From assembly GCA_049523455.1 (NCBI GenBank), contig JBEKMW010000013.1, forward strand, positions 8,513 to 72,512: a stretch of DNA of 64,000 nucleotides, read 5' to 3'. The stretch comes from Verrucomicrobiota bacterium. GTDB lineage: Bacteria > Verrucomicrobiota > Verrucomicrobiia > Limisphaerales > UBA11358. Of this stretch, positions 6,777-16,374 are shown one piece after another (positions within the stretch are counted from its first letter, which is position 1; every line of letters starts with the position of its first letter). Both the position numbers and the translations under genes were made by a program. The notes under the pieces were generated by a model. The model searched no databases and was not told where the DNA came from. It worked only from the letters and a program-made list of their open reading frames with translations.

Positions 6777-9246
6777 ACGCGGCCATCAGTCTGCCTGCGT
6801 CCGGCACACCACAGCCGTTTCTGAACGCGATCGCCAGCATGATATCCAATCGCCGTTGCGCGGAATCATCCGGCAGGAAATGCGCTCGAAACTTCGCAAG
6901 CTGGGCAGCGGGATCGCGCGGAACTTTGCCGACGGTGAAAGACATGAAAAAGCCAACGGCATCCGTCAAGACGGGAGCATCCGGATGGCTTAATTCCCAG
7001 TCGAACAGCCAGGTGCAGGAGCCATCAGTGACCATGTTTGACAGCGCCAAGTCACCGTGAGCCCGGCACACTTCCGCCCCGGAAGCCAGCAAGCGGGTCA
7101 ATTCCTCATGAAAGTCCCGATGCTCCGGGCGAAGACTTTGGATATATTCGGTCCACCATGACAGCCCGGTGATTTCGTCCCTGGTCATTCGTCTGCGGAG
7201 TCCGCAATACTCCGCGGTTAATACGGAAGTGCCCCAATCCTGTTTCAGCAAAGGCGGGCGTGCTTCAGTCGGCAGCGGTTGAACGACCAGATAGCTCGCC
7301 GGGCCGAAGTGATCGTGCCTTATTAACTGCGGCACGCGGAGCTGCCGGAAGGTCAGCTTGCTCAATGCTGCCAGGGCCTCGGCCTGTGCCGCTAAGCGGG
7401 GCCGGTCCTCCGGTCGCAACGCCAGTTTGACAAAGGCAAATGAACGCAAATGCTCGTCGAGCAGGTGAACATAGAAACGACGGCGCCAGGGTTCCGATGG
7501 CCAGCTTACGATAGGATGCGCTATGCGCCGGCCAAGATGTTCTTCGAGTTCCCGTTGCCAGGATTTAAAGTCAAAATTTAAGGCCGGCTCTATTGGTCCG
7601 GCGCGCCGCCTGGCCAGCAGCCGGGACCCGCCCGTTCGGATGGCCGCTGAAAGCAACGTGCGGTAAAGCTGCCGTTTGGGCGTAAACGGTTGGAATTTTT
7701 CCAGACCGGCCCGCAACAATGCCTTCGATTTTTCCGGAACGGCCAGCACATCCCTGCCTTGGTAGCGAAAAACGAGAAAATTGTGGTCATCTTCGCCGGT
7801 ACCTGCTGCGCGGCCATCAACCTGCTTGCCCGAATCATCCGTTGGCTGGCTCCGGAACCCGTGAACGAGAGCGGAGACGGAAAAATTGTCAACCAAACCC
7901 GGATTCGGCGCGGCTGTTCGCAACGCCGTGTCCACTGCCTGCCGCAAGCCGTCCGCAAACCGCGCCGGGCCCCAGTTGGCGATGATCTCACGGCTCTTGG
8001 AGCCAAAAGCTGAAATGCTGAAACGCTGAAACGCTGAAATACGAAGCATCAGCGAGGCAAGCTGTTCGACGTTGAACGGATCAAAGGTGAATCCATTAAC
8101 GCCATCTTTTACCAGGTCCCTGGCGCAACCGCAGCGGTTGGAAACCAGCACGGGCAGGCCGGCGGCCATCGCTTCGTTCACCACCAGGCCCCATTGCTCG
8201 GTCGAGCTGGCATGGACGAAAGCGGAAGCCATACCGTAGTAGGCTGGTAGTTCATCGTATTGCTTGAAGCCGGGCAAGTGCACGAAGTGCTCCAAGCCAA
8301 GCGAAGATCGAAGATCGAAGATGGAAGATTGGAGCGGGCCGTCGCCCAATAGGACCAGGGACCACGGCACCACCAGACCACTGACCACCGGACCACCGAC
8401 CTCTGACCTCTGCCTCTCAGACGGTCCCGTAGTCTCGTAGTCTCGTTGTCCCGTAGTCCTTGAACCGCTTGCCGCCCTCTTCCGATACAGCGCATACGCT
8501 TGGATCAATCGCGTAAGGTTCTTCTTCTCGACGAACCGCGCGCTCGCCAGAAAGTATTTGTCCGGCAACCCATACTGAACGCGGACCTCCGACCTCTGCC
8601 TTTCAGACGGACCCGTAGTCTCGTTGTCTCGTTGTCCCGTAGTCCTTGAACCGCTTTCTACTTTTCCTTCCACGCCCTCTTCCTTCTTCCTTTTCACTTC
8701 ATCCGCTCCGGCGGCGAAATGGGCGTTGTCCACGGCGTCATAGCCCAAAAAAATCCGTTCCTGTGGCAAGCCTAGCTGCTGCAAGTATTCCGCGTGGGGA
8801 GATCCGCCGACCAGACCTGTCGAGCACAAGCGCACCACGCGCCGCTTCAATGCTTCTTTCCACCATTTACGCTCATCATCCCACGCCGTCGTCTCAGACA
8901 TGACCACGACCGGGACATGGCGAGCCATGCACCAACGCATGGCGGCCAGGGAACAGCGGTCGTACCATCCGGGAACGGCTACGACTTGTGGAGCAAGCTG
9001 GTCCAAGGCCTCGCCGACACGCTTGAAGATGCGGTTGGCCGGCAACTCATTGACCGGGGTCCCGGAAAACAGCGTCAACCGGTCGAACCCATCGGAACCT
9101 TCCACCAAGTCCCAGGCATAGGTGAGATCCACGTTCGAGAACTCCACCGCGGTCACGCGCAACCGTGAACCGGCGGCCTTGAGCCGCGCGTAATGATACG
9201 GGCCAATCCGGTAAAACAGCACAGCCACGTGTGGGACATTAACCAT
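6727..9246 (-). CDS. Fusion ORF: N-terminal GT4 glycosyltransferase + C-terminal APH/choline-kinase-like phosphotransferase domain
   Basis: 839 aa. The GT4 core is FVHASSTEQWGLVVNEAMAAGLPVLVSNRCGCARDLVKDGVNGFTF. The C-terminal half has a kinase catalytic-loop pattern, CRAHGDLALSNMV (HxDxxxxN), followed by LFDWELS. Repeat-derived inserts lie at 8302-8469, 8584-8655 and 8005-8042. Confidence 0.7.
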   Translation of the reverse strand: MVNVPHVAVLFYRIGPYHYARLKAAGSRLRVTAVEFSNVDLTYAWDLVEGSDGFDRLTLFSGTPVNELPANRIFKRVGEALDQLAPQVVAVPGWYDRCSLAAMRWCMARHVPVVVMSETTAWDDERKWWKEALKRRVVRLCSTGLVGGSPHAEYLQQLGLPQERIFLGYDAVDNAHFAAGADEVKRKKEEGVEGKVESGSRTTGQRDNETTGPSERQRSEVRVQYGLPDKYFLASARFVEKKNLTRLIQAYALYRKRAASGSRTTGQRDYETTGPSERQRSEVGGPVVSGLVVPWSLVLLGDGPLQSSIFDLRSSLGLEHFVHLPGFKQYDELPAYYGMASAFVHASSTEQWGLVVNEAMAAGLPVLVSNRCGCARDLVKDGVNGFTFDPFNVEQLASLMLRISAFQRFSISAFGSKSREIIANWGPARFADGLRQAVDTALRTAAPNPGLVDNFSVSALVHGFRSQPTDDSGKQVDGRAAGTGEDDHNFLVFRYQGRDVLAVPEKSKALLRAGLEKFQPFTPKRQLYRTLLSAAIRTGGSRLLARRRAGPIEPALNFDFKSWQRELEEHLGRRIAHPIVSWPSEPWRRRFYVHLLDEHLRSFAFVKLALRPEDRPRLAAQAEALAALSKLTFRQLRVPQLIRHDHFGPASYLVVQPLPTEARPPLLKQDWGTSVLTAEYCGLRRRMTRDEITGLSWWTEYIQSLRPEHRDFHEELTRLLASGAEVCRAHGDLALSNMVTDGSCTWLFDWELSHPDAPVLTDAVGFFMSFTVGKVPRDPAAQLAKFRAHFLPDDSAQRRLDIMLAIAFRNGCGVPDAGRLMAAWGGVSVGRCFGGPVDR
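8302..8469. repeat. Mosaic repeat block inside the GT4-kinase ORF, including copy 2 of the 72-nt element
   Basis: (CGAAGAT)x4, then gaccac-type units, then the element at 8398-8469. The element region translates in frame as ...GSRTTGQRDYETTGPSERQRSEV. Confidence 0.9.
8584..8655. repeat. Copy 3 of the 72-nt element inside the GT4-kinase ORF
   Basis: gacctccgacctctgcctttcagacggacccgtagtctcgttgtctcgttgtcccgtagtccttgaaccgct. It translates in frame as GSRTTGQRDNETTGPSERQRSEV. Confidence 0.9.
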
Positions 9247-9262
9247 TTGAAAAGCACTCTAA

Positions 9263-9380
9263 CTTAAGAATACCGCACAGAAGGAAACGAAGGCAACGAA
9301 ACTGCCGCAGCCTTTGTTCGTTGGCTCGAACCCCGAAAGCTTTCGGGGCTGTTAAATTTTTATCCGTGTTCATCTGCGTA
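9263..9380. repeat. Dispersed intergenic repeat (cttaagaataccg...aaggcaacgaaa...atccgtgttcat), copy a
   Basis: It shares segments with 13205-13310: cttaagaataccg, aaggcRacgaaa and atccgtgttcatNNg. Confidence 0.7.
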
Positions 9381-9689
9381 TATGTGTGCGCAGTAGGGTT
9401 GAATAGTGTTGAGCAGTGTTGATGCTGGCCAATAGCGCCCATAAGTGCCCACAAGTGCCCATGAGCGTTTATCTGCGTTAATCTGCGTTTGTCTTTCAGT
9501 CTCCATCTACGGCCGGATCGGCCAGCCTCCGCCCTGAGGTTGGTTACGGCCGCCGGTTCCGTCTTCATCAGACTTCGACGCGACATGTCGCTTTGGCGCG
9601 GCAATTCAGCACGGATGGCGTGGGGGAGACGGGCGATTTTTCCGTTTCTTGTTGTCATAAACCCCATTGAAACACGGTTGGGGGTTTAT

Positions 9690-9721
9690 GAATAGGCGAC
9701 GGTCGCGCATTATGTACGATT
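9690..9721. repeat. 32-nt conserved motif gaataggcgacGgtcgcgcattatgtacgatt, copy 1
   Basis: Identical to 44022-44053 except for the central base. It has a palindromic core (gcgacNgtcgc). A perfect 10-bp hairpin, cataaacccc/ggggtttatg (9656-9690), precedes it. Confidence 0.85.
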
Positions 9722-9761
9722 CCTTTTCGACCATATTTTCGGCCCTCACGGGAACGCTGCT

Positions 9762-11333
9762 TCAGCTTTTCAGCGTTTCAGCGTTTCGGACGCCTCGCAC
9801 CCCCCGCCTGGGCCAGGCGCGTTGGATAACCGTGAACCTGGGTCGGCGGAGCAAACCATAGCCGGGCCTTGGCGAGACTGCCGAAGGTTGACCGCTGACT
9901 ACCGGACCACGGACCACCGGACTACTGACCACCGGACTACTGATCACGGACCTCCGACTTCCGGGCGCTGGCGAGCGATGGCGCTCGACCCACCACACCA
10001 GCAGCGCGCCGAAGGCAAAGGGATAAAGGGTGATGAGCGTGATGTCGCGGCCCAGGTTGAAGGTGAGAATCATTCCCAGCGCATACAGCGGCAGACGGCC
10101 AAACTTCTGGATGTTCAGGTCCAGGCGCGCGAGGATGGCCACCCAGAAAGCCATGAGCAGCGCGGCAAAGGCCGGTCCGAGGATGCGCCCGAAATTCACG
10201 ACGCCCTGGCCAATCATGCCGGTGGAGATGGTGGCATAAGCGCCGGCCGCGCCCGCTTGGCCCGTTCCTTGTCCGCGGGCGATGGCGTAATCAATCCCAA
10301 TCAGGGGTTTTCCGGGCCAGAACCGGCGGGGAATGGGATTCACGAGTTCGGCAAAATAGCGCGCGCCCCAATTGGGTTTGTAGGTTCCCTCCACTATGAA
10401 GGTGTTGACCCAGCACAACTCCTCAAACATGTTCAAGCCCTCGTGGTGGACCCGGGCATTCTCATGCACGCTGAATCCCTTTGTCTTGAGGGCTTCGACG
10501 ACGCTCATGCTGGAACGGTTGGCGATGACAAATCCCATCCAGGCGTTGACCAGCACGAAACAACCGGCGAGCACCGCGAACCGTTTCCACATTCCGCCGC
10601 GCATTCGCAAAAACACCCAGCTCAACAGACCGGGGACGACGACGGCCAGCATCGAATTACGGACACGGGAAAAAATGAAAAAGGGCCAGGACAGGAGACA
10701 ACAGAGCAGCGCCAGCCAGCGAATCCGGCGATTGGTGGAGAGCGCGGCCACCACGCCGAACAGGCCGGCAATCAGCAATTGCAGGTATAAGGCCACGATG
10801 GAGAGAAAATCAAAACCTGTGCCGACGCGCCCGTGACCCCAGGGGTTGGCCTGGTACCCAAGGAACGGGAAGAAGAAGTAGAGAACCGCACTCTGGAGTC
10901 GGATAACGGCGATGATGCAGAGGATGAGCCAGATGGAGGCGCATCCATAAAACAAGCGGGTCAACTGCCTCTGAAACCCCGGCTGGCCGACGCCGAATTT
11001 GAACAATTGCAAGACGCCGCTGGTCCCGCGAAGATACCGCCTGTTGAGCCAGCGATGAAGCGCCGGGGCGGCCAGCAGAAACACCGTCAGGAACCAGGCC
11101 ACCTGCCACCAAGCGCTTTGGAGGATGCCCGGTTCGAACACCTTGGCATGATAATCGGCATAATCATTGTAAAACGCGTCACCGACGTACCACGCGGCAA
11201 TCGTCCCCAACACCGCCAGGGTCGGCAGGCCGGTGCCGTCGCGCAGATGCCGGACGGCCCAGACGGCGCCGAGAGCGAGCACGGCGATGACTGCCCAGAA
11301 GGCGAGAGGGAGGATGGAGAGGGTTGAGGACAT
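9762..11333 (-). CDS. Polytopic membrane protein, probable Wzy-type repeat-unit polymerase
   Basis: 523 aa with about 10-12 hydrophobic segments and a large loop (HENARVHHEGLNMFEELCWVNTFIVEGTYKPNWGARYF). It sits among GTs next to no other polymerase candidate. The C-terminal tail is repeat-derived (VISSPVVSSPVVRGPVVSG). Confidence 0.55.
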   Translation of the reverse strand: MSSTLSILPLAFWAVIAVLALGAVWAVRHLRDGTGLPTLAVLGTIAAWYVGDAFYNDYADYHAKVFEPGILQSAWWQVAWFLTVFLLAAPALHRWLNRRYLRGTSGVLQLFKFGVGQPGFQRQLTRLFYGCASIWLILCIIAVIRLQSAVLYFFFPFLGYQANPWGHGRVGTGFDFLSIVALYLQLLIAGLFGVVAALSTNRRIRWLALLCCLLSWPFFIFSRVRNSMLAVVVPGLLSWVFLRMRGGMWKRFAVLAGCFVLVNAWMGFVIANRSSMSVVEALKTKGFSVHENARVHHEGLNMFEELCWVNTFIVEGTYKPNWGARYFAELVNPIPRRFWPGKPLIGIDYAIARGQGTGQAGAAGAYATISTGMIGQGVVNFGRILGPAFAALLMAFWVAILARLDLNIQKFGRLPLYALGMILTFNLGRDITLITLYPFAFGALLVWWVERHRSPAPGSRRSVISSPVVSSPVVRGPVVSGQPSAVSPRPGYGLLRRPRFTVIQRAWPRRGVRGVRNAETLKS

Positions 11334-11542
11334 GGGACCAAAAAGGTGCAGAGAGGAGAGAGGAGAGGGGAGAGAGGAGTCACCAAACAGAGAGAAGGGC
11401 GAAGATGGGAGAAAGCAAACTCGCCAGCTTCCATTTGCGGGATTCGGTGGAGCGGATGAGACCAGCCATGATCTGCCCGGCGCTTACCGCGTTTTCGCGG
11501 AGTTCCACGGCGTCCGCCGCCAATGTGGGATAATTGTGAATT

Positions 11543-12892
11543 TCAAACGTCATCGGCGGTTTCAATGGTTGCATTTCTTCTCTCCTCTCTTCCCTCTTCC
11601 CTCTTCTGCTCCACCAACTTGCGCAGATTCTCTCCCAGCGTTTCCAATGTGAACTGGCGGGACTTGGCCAGCGCGGCCTCCCATTGCGCGGACAATAAGT
11701 CCGGTTCGGTGAAATAACGGCGGATGGTGCCGGCCAAAGCCCCGGCATCCCGCGGCGGAACGACGAACCCATCCACGCCGTCACTGACGATTTGCCCGCA
11801 GCAAGGCGTGGCGATGACCGGCAGACCGTGCGCCATGGCCTCCAATTGGGTGATGGCAAACCCATCCGATAACGTCGGCAACACGAACAAATCCGCCTTG
11901 CAATACCACTCGGGCGCTTCGCGGGGGCTGACCGGCCCGTGGAAGGTCATATTTTTGGGCGCGGATGCCACTGCGGCCGGCAGAATTCCGATTCGGCCAA
12001 CGATATCGAAACGAATCCTCTCCGGTTCGAGCATCCGGGCCGCTTCCATCAGGTAGTGGATGCCTTTGCGGACGTTGACTTGGGCGAGGAACAGAACGCG
12101 GAGCGGTGCTTCGGTATTTCGGTGCTTCGGTGTTGTAGTGTTTCGGTGCTTTAGTGTTTCAGATTTCAGCGTTTCAGCTTTCAGATTTTCAGCGTTTTGC
12201 TCAAACGCCAGCGGCACGACGACGAGCTTGTGCGATGGCACGCCTTGTTTCATGAGGGCTTTGCGGCTCCACTCAGAATTGACTACGATGCGGTCAGCGA
12301 GCTCCCATTCGCGGCGGTTGCGGTCGTAATAGGCCGCCGGAAACATTGGCGGCGGACCAGCCAGTTGCGGGAAGCGGGCCATCTCTTCCGCCACCAATTC
12401 GAACTCCGCCGCACCCGGATCAATCTGATCCAGTATCGTCAAGATGCCGCGCTTCTTTTCCGCCACGAGCATTTCCAGGCTGGCGTAGGAATAACCGAAG
12501 AAAGCGTCATGGGGCGGCAGGTTGAGCCGGGCGACGGCGGCGGCAAAGGCGGCATCGGTGTGAAGGTACGCCTCGTGACTGCGTCCCTGGGCCGTCAGCC
12601 GGCGCACGCGCCATTTCCAGAACAAGCTGCGGACGGGAAAAGCATGGACCAGGTCGTCCGGGAGGCCGTCGGCGTGAGCCGCCAAGGCCGCGCGGCTGCG
12701 GCCGGCGAAATGCTGAAACGCTGAAACGCTGAAACGCTGAAATAATTTCTGCTTTCTGCTTTCCCCATTTCTGCTTTCGTATCCAAACCCATACCAATCG
12801 GTGACCAGGGCGGCGAGCATGCCATGCTGGTGCAGGGCGCGTGGCACGGCGTAATGTTCGCGCGCGCCGATTTGGGAAACAACGATTTTCAC
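11543..12892 (-). CDS. Glycosyltransferase, GT4
   Basis: 449 aa with LPTLSDGFAITQLEAMAHGLPVIATPCCGQIVSDGVDGFVV. GTG start. Two repeat-derived inserts lie at 12709-12778 and 12106-12197. Confidence 0.8.
   Translation of the reverse strand: MKIVVSQIGAREHYAVPRALHQHGMLAALVTDWYGFGYESRNGESRKQKLFQRFSVSAFQHFAGRSRAALAAHADGLPDDLVHAFPVRSLFWKWRVRRLTAQGRSHEAYLHTDAAFAAAVARLNLPPHDAFFGYSYASLEMLVAEKKRGILTILDQIDPGAAEFELVAEEMARFPQLAGPPPMFPAAYYDRNRREWELADRIVVNSEWSRKALMKQGVPSHKLVVVPLAFEQNAENLKAETLKSETLKHRNTTTPKHRNTEAPLRVLFLAQVNVRKGIHYLMEAARMLEPERIRFDIVGRIGILPAAVASAPKNMTFHGPVSPREAPEWYCKADLFVLPTLSDGFAITQLEAMAHGLPVIATPCCGQIVSDGVDGFVVPPRDAGALAGTIRRYFTEPDLLSAQWEAALAKSRQFTLETLGENLRKLVEQKREEGREERRNATIETADDV
12106..12197. 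repeat. Octamer array (TTTCGGTG / TTTCAGNN) inside the GT4 ORF
   Basis: Translates in frame as NAENLKAETLKSETLKHRNTTTPKHRNTEAP, between the two Rossmann halves. Confidence 0.9.
12709..12778. repeat. (GCTGAAAC)x4 + (TTTCTGC)n block inside the GT4 ORF
   Basis: Translates in frame as ESRNGESRKQKLFQRFSVSAFQHF. Confidence 0.9.
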
Positions 12893-12900
12893 GTCGTATG

Positions 12901-13037
12901 AAAATGGACCACGGGACTACGGACGTCTTAAAAAGCTACAATGCTAACATTCTGAGACGCTAACATACTGAAATACTGAAACACCGCCCACTGACCACCG
13001 GACCACTGACCACGGGACTACTGACCTCCGACCTCCC
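12901..13037. repeat. Mosaic repeat block upstream of the GT4 start
   Basis: Gaccacg/gactacg units, gctacaat/gctaacat units, ctgaaat units, and gaccac plus gacctcc units. Confidence 0.85.
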
Positions 13038-13204
13038 CTCTTCTATATGCCATCTCCGCCCTCCGGCCTTCCTGCCGGGCCGTCGTCTCTCCCTGCCGGT
13101 TCAGAGCTTCCGGCCTGCCCGCCACAACTGCTGCCTGCCGGGCCACAACTGCTGCGCGAAGGCGGGAGCGAAGGCGGGAGCGGAGGCCGGTAACGAGATT
13201 CTGA

Positions 13205-13310
13205 CTTAAGAATACCGAGCAGAATGAGACCAAGGCGACGAAAGTGCTCCCGGTCTTTGTCATCTGCGTCGGCTTCGTTTAAACTTGGATCCGTGTTCAT
13301 ACGTGTTCAG
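13205..13310. repeat. Dispersed intergenic repeat, copy b (see 9263-9380)
   Basis: cttaagaataccgagcagaatgagaccaaggcgacgaaa ... ggatccgtgttcatacgtgttcag. Confidence 0.7.
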
Positions 13311-13485
13311 ATCCCCTGGCATCGGATGTCGGGTTCTGTGGTTAATAATTGCTCGAGGTCTGCAGTCCGTAGTCTTGTGGTCTTGCTGTCCGTGGTCGCA
13401 TTTCAGCATTTCAGTATTTCAGCTTTTTACAATGCCTCGTCGTCCTCTTGTCCGGTTGTCTCGTAGTGCTGTAGTCCTGTAGTTG

Positions 13486-15450
13486 TCATGGTCCTGGCAC
13501 AATCACCCGTACATTGGTTGGCGGAGTGGGCCCATTCGGGGAAAGACTCATCCACACGCCATTCGTCCACATTGCTACCAAGGATTGACCGCTGGGAACA
13601 TTAACCGGGCCTATGGTGAGGGCGCTGTTCAAATAGACCGGAATTGTGGCTGAACTCGAGTTGTCATTCTGAATGAGGATCTGCGCTCCCGGAGGTATCT
13701 GGCTAGCGTTGGTATCCACCAAGGCATAAACCGTTCCGGCATGAAAAGAATAGATTACTTCAAATCTCGAACCGTTCGCATAACTGATGCCATTCGTGAC
13801 TCCGTTAAGATCACAGATTGACGAGAAGTAAATGTTATTAATGCTATCTAACACATAAAAAGCGCTGTTACCCACGCCGGATTTGACAGAAGCTCTGCAA
13901 TTTCCATTAAGTGGGTCGGAATTTGTTGTGACAGTGTTTTTAAATAGATTCACATTAGTATAGTAACCACCAAAATTAATCAAAAGCGCGACGTTTCCTC
14001 CGGTACCCGGCCCAACGATATTATTACTGCATATTTGGACACCTTCTACGCGGTATAGGTCGTTTACATTGGTAACGCTACCACCACCCAGCTCAATTAC
14101 TGTTTCTGGGTTGTAAAATGTATTGCCGGCAACTACAATATTGCTGTTTTCGAATGTTCCCTGAGCCCCGACACAACTTATGACGATACTTTGCGAATAG
14201 AGGTTGGGGTTAAAAAATTGATTGCTAATTATGAATACATTATCGGCGGGTGTTGTTTCAATGCCGTTATAACCATTGCCGCTCAGATAAAATGTATTGT
14301 TTTGCATCACAAACGGCGGGTTGTTTCCTTTGCCGCCATTGATGGCAAAAGTATTGCCGGTGGTGTTGGTGACGAGATTATTTTGGAAGTAGGACGTGTT
14401 GGTCGAGTATCTCTGATAATATTCGGCTACCTGGAATAGATTGGAATACAAGCAATGTGAGGCGTTGAGTGATGGATAATAATTGATTGCGGTGGCGTTG
14501 CCGTCGGCAAATGTGCAATTTATGATCTCTTGATTCCCGTTGGTGCTTCCGTCGAGGCTCTTGACCATTTCTCCGCGCCAATGGGTGAACATGACATTTG
14601 TCCAGGTCGCGTGCGTAAAGGTATTGCCTTGCCCCATTGCTACAATGGCATCCGAAGTTCCGTCCCAGCCCGACCCGTCAACGGGATTTGCCGGGTAACC
14701 GTGCTCGGACGTATTTCCCTGCTGGACGCCGCCGTCCATTGTCAGATTCTCGATGCTGAAAGGATAGTCATTGGTAATCGGCAAATAAAATTCAAACAGA
14801 AAGCCGCGCCACACGGCGTTACTGGTGCCCGAGACATTTGGGACTGTCCATGCGCCTTTACCGAGTAGCACGGTGTTGGTCATACCCGCGCCGACAAAAT
14901 GAATCCCGCCCCGCTGTATCCAAACAGAGGCATATCCGTAAGCGGAACCGTTGGACGAAGGCATTAGCAAGTATTTGCCAGAAGGAATGTTAATTGTGTC
15001 GTTCGTTCCATTACACGCAGCGATTGCCAGAGCGAAAGCCGGCGCGTTATCGTGTCCGTAGGTGGCGAAGGTGTTGGTCCGTGTCGCTTGGTCAAACTGC
15101 GAAACGTAGATATTTGTGCCATTGACGACATTTGTGATGGTGGCAACCATGTCTTGATTGCCATTCGTATTGTTGCCATGGCTGTCGACCCCGGAAGTCT
15201 GCAACCCTGCCCCGAAAATCTCAATTGACTCGCCAATGGCGCTGGCCGGCATCTGGTTCGTGGTAGTGACGACCACAGAATTGCTCGTGGTACTGACATA
15301 AAACTGGACAGCATCCCCGACCGCGCCAAAATTTGTGACATTCAATGTCCCTTGCGCGTGGCTGGAAAGCGCGATCAACGACCCCCATCCAACTGCCATC
15401 GTCAGAAGCAGTTTCTTCAAATCTCCCGGATTAATTCCGAAGCGAGCCAT
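13486..15450 (-). CDS. Secreted right-handed parallel beta-helix protein (pectate-lyase-superfamily-like; possible polysaccharide depolymerase or modifier)
   Basis: 654 aa. It has a signal peptide (LLLTMAVGWGSLIALSSHAQG) and an N-terminal LNVTNFGAVGDAV motif typical of Pectate_lyase_3-type proteins. It is Asn/Gly/Thr-rich with periodic repeats. The DNA is visibly more AT-rich than its neighbours. Confidence 0.6.
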   Translation of the reverse strand: MARFGINPGDLKKLLLTMAVGWGSLIALSSHAQGTLNVTNFGAVGDAVQFYVSTTSNSVVVTTTNQMPASAIGESIEIFGAGLQTSGVDSHGNNTNGNQDMVATITNVVNGTNIYVSQFDQATRTNTFATYGHDNAPAFALAIAACNGTNDTINIPSGKYLLMPSSNGSAYGYASVWIQRGGIHFVGAGMTNTVLLGKGAWTVPNVSGTSNAVWRGFLFEFYLPITNDYPFSIENLTMDGGVQQGNTSEHGYPANPVDGSGWDGTSDAIVAMGQGNTFTHATWTNVMFTHWRGEMVKSLDGSTNGNQEIINCTFADGNATAINYYPSLNASHCLYSNLFQVAEYYQRYSTNTSYFQNNLVTNTTGNTFAINGGKGNNPPFVMQNNTFYLSGNGYNGIETTPADNVFIISNQFFNPNLYSQSIVISCVGAQGTFENSNIVVAGNTFYNPETVIELGGGSVTNVNDLYRVEGVQICSNNIVGPGTGGNVALLINFGGYYTNVNLFKNTVTTNSDPLNGNCRASVKSGVGNSAFYVLDSINNIYFSSICDLNGVTNGISYANGSRFEVIYSFHAGTVYALVDTNASQIPPGAQILIQNDNSSSATIPVYLNSALTIGPVNVPSGQSLVAMWTNGVWMSLSPNGPTPPTNVRVIVPGP

Positions 15451-15519
15451 AATTGTGAACGGGCACTATTTCTTCGTAAAGCACGCGGCACGCCACAGTG
15501 CGGAGTCACCGGCCACTTT

Positions 15520-16374
15520 TCACTTCAGCCGCAGCCAGGTGCGGTAACGGGGCCAGGGAATCGGGGTTCGCTTATTCAGGCAATAGGGAATGCCCGCGAT
15601 GGCTTGCCGCCACCAAACCGGCTCGCGAATGACCCAACTCATCCCCCGTTTGCAGGCGAAGCGAAATTGCGAGAAAACCCGGTAGGCGGCCAGGACCAAG
15701 ACCTGTGGAAACGGGCAGCGAATCAGCGTGCTCCAGAATTCATTGCGCGAATGGCGATGATGATTTCTCATTTCACTCCGCGTCTGACCAGACCAATGGT
15801 GACGGATTGTCACGACCGGAGAAAACAGCACTTCGTAGCCAGCGCCAACACATTGCAAGGCATAGTCCGGCTCCTCATACATGTGGAAGAATTTGGGGTC
15901 AAAGCCGGGCAATTGGAGGTAAATCGAACGGCGCAGCACCGCGCCGGAGTTGGCGAAGGAACGGGTCGCACGTTCGGGTCCGAAATCTGTTTGCGTGAGT
16001 GTTTCCGGGTATTCATCCGTGCGCTGAGGGAAATGCAAAACGGCCAAGGAGGGGCGGAGAGAGAAGATGGAAGAGAGAAGATGGAGACAATCCAGTTGCT
16101 CCGGGTAACTGTCATCGTCCAGCGCAAGCACGAGGTCGCCTTTTGCTTCCCGCATCATCCGATCACGCGAAGCCACTGAACCTTGACTCACCTCATTCAC
16201 GATCACTTTCGCGTCTCCCATTTCCGATTTCACCATTTGGACTGTGTCATCCGTGCAACCATCCGCAGTGATAAGGACTTCGTACGGTGGCGGATTCAAC
16301 TGCCGCAGTGCTCGGCAGGTGCGGCGTAACTCCGCCGAACGGTTTCTCGTGGTGATCATTACCGAGAGGTTCAC
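15520..16374 (-). CDS. Glycosyltransferase, GT2
   Basis: VMITTRNRSAELRRTCRALRQLNPPPYEVLITADGCTDDT...LALDDDSYP (DxD). The track ORF begins at 16644 inside the upstream gene. GTG 16374 overlaps that gene's TGA (GTGA), which I prefer. Confidence 0.8.
   Translation of the reverse strand: MNLSVMITTRNRSAELRRTCRALRQLNPPPYEVLITADGCTDDTVQMVKSEMGDAKVIVNEVSQGSVASRDRMMREAKGDLVLALDDDSYPEQLDCLHLLSSIFSLRPSLAVLHFPQRTDEYPETLTQTDFGPERATRSFANSGAVLRRSIYLQLPGFDPKFFHMYEEPDYALQCVGAGYEVLFSPVVTIRHHWSGQTRSEMRNHHRHSRNEFWSTLIRCPFPQVLVLAAYRVFSQFRFACKRGMSWVIREPVWWRQAIAGIPYCLNKRTPIPWPRYRTWLRLK

Noticed and set aside
9239-9667. 142-aa ORF in the 9.25-9.76 kb gap
   Set aside because: It is composed entirely of dispersed-repeat and hairpin DNA (the cttaagaataccg element and the gacatgtc hairpin). 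Equivalent pseudo-ORFs arise wherever these repeats occur.
9822-10790. 322-aa plus-strand ORF
   Set aside because: It is antisense to the polytopic Wzy-like membrane protein. Its beginning is simply the gaccac/gactac repeat block translated (TTDHRTTDHRTTDH).
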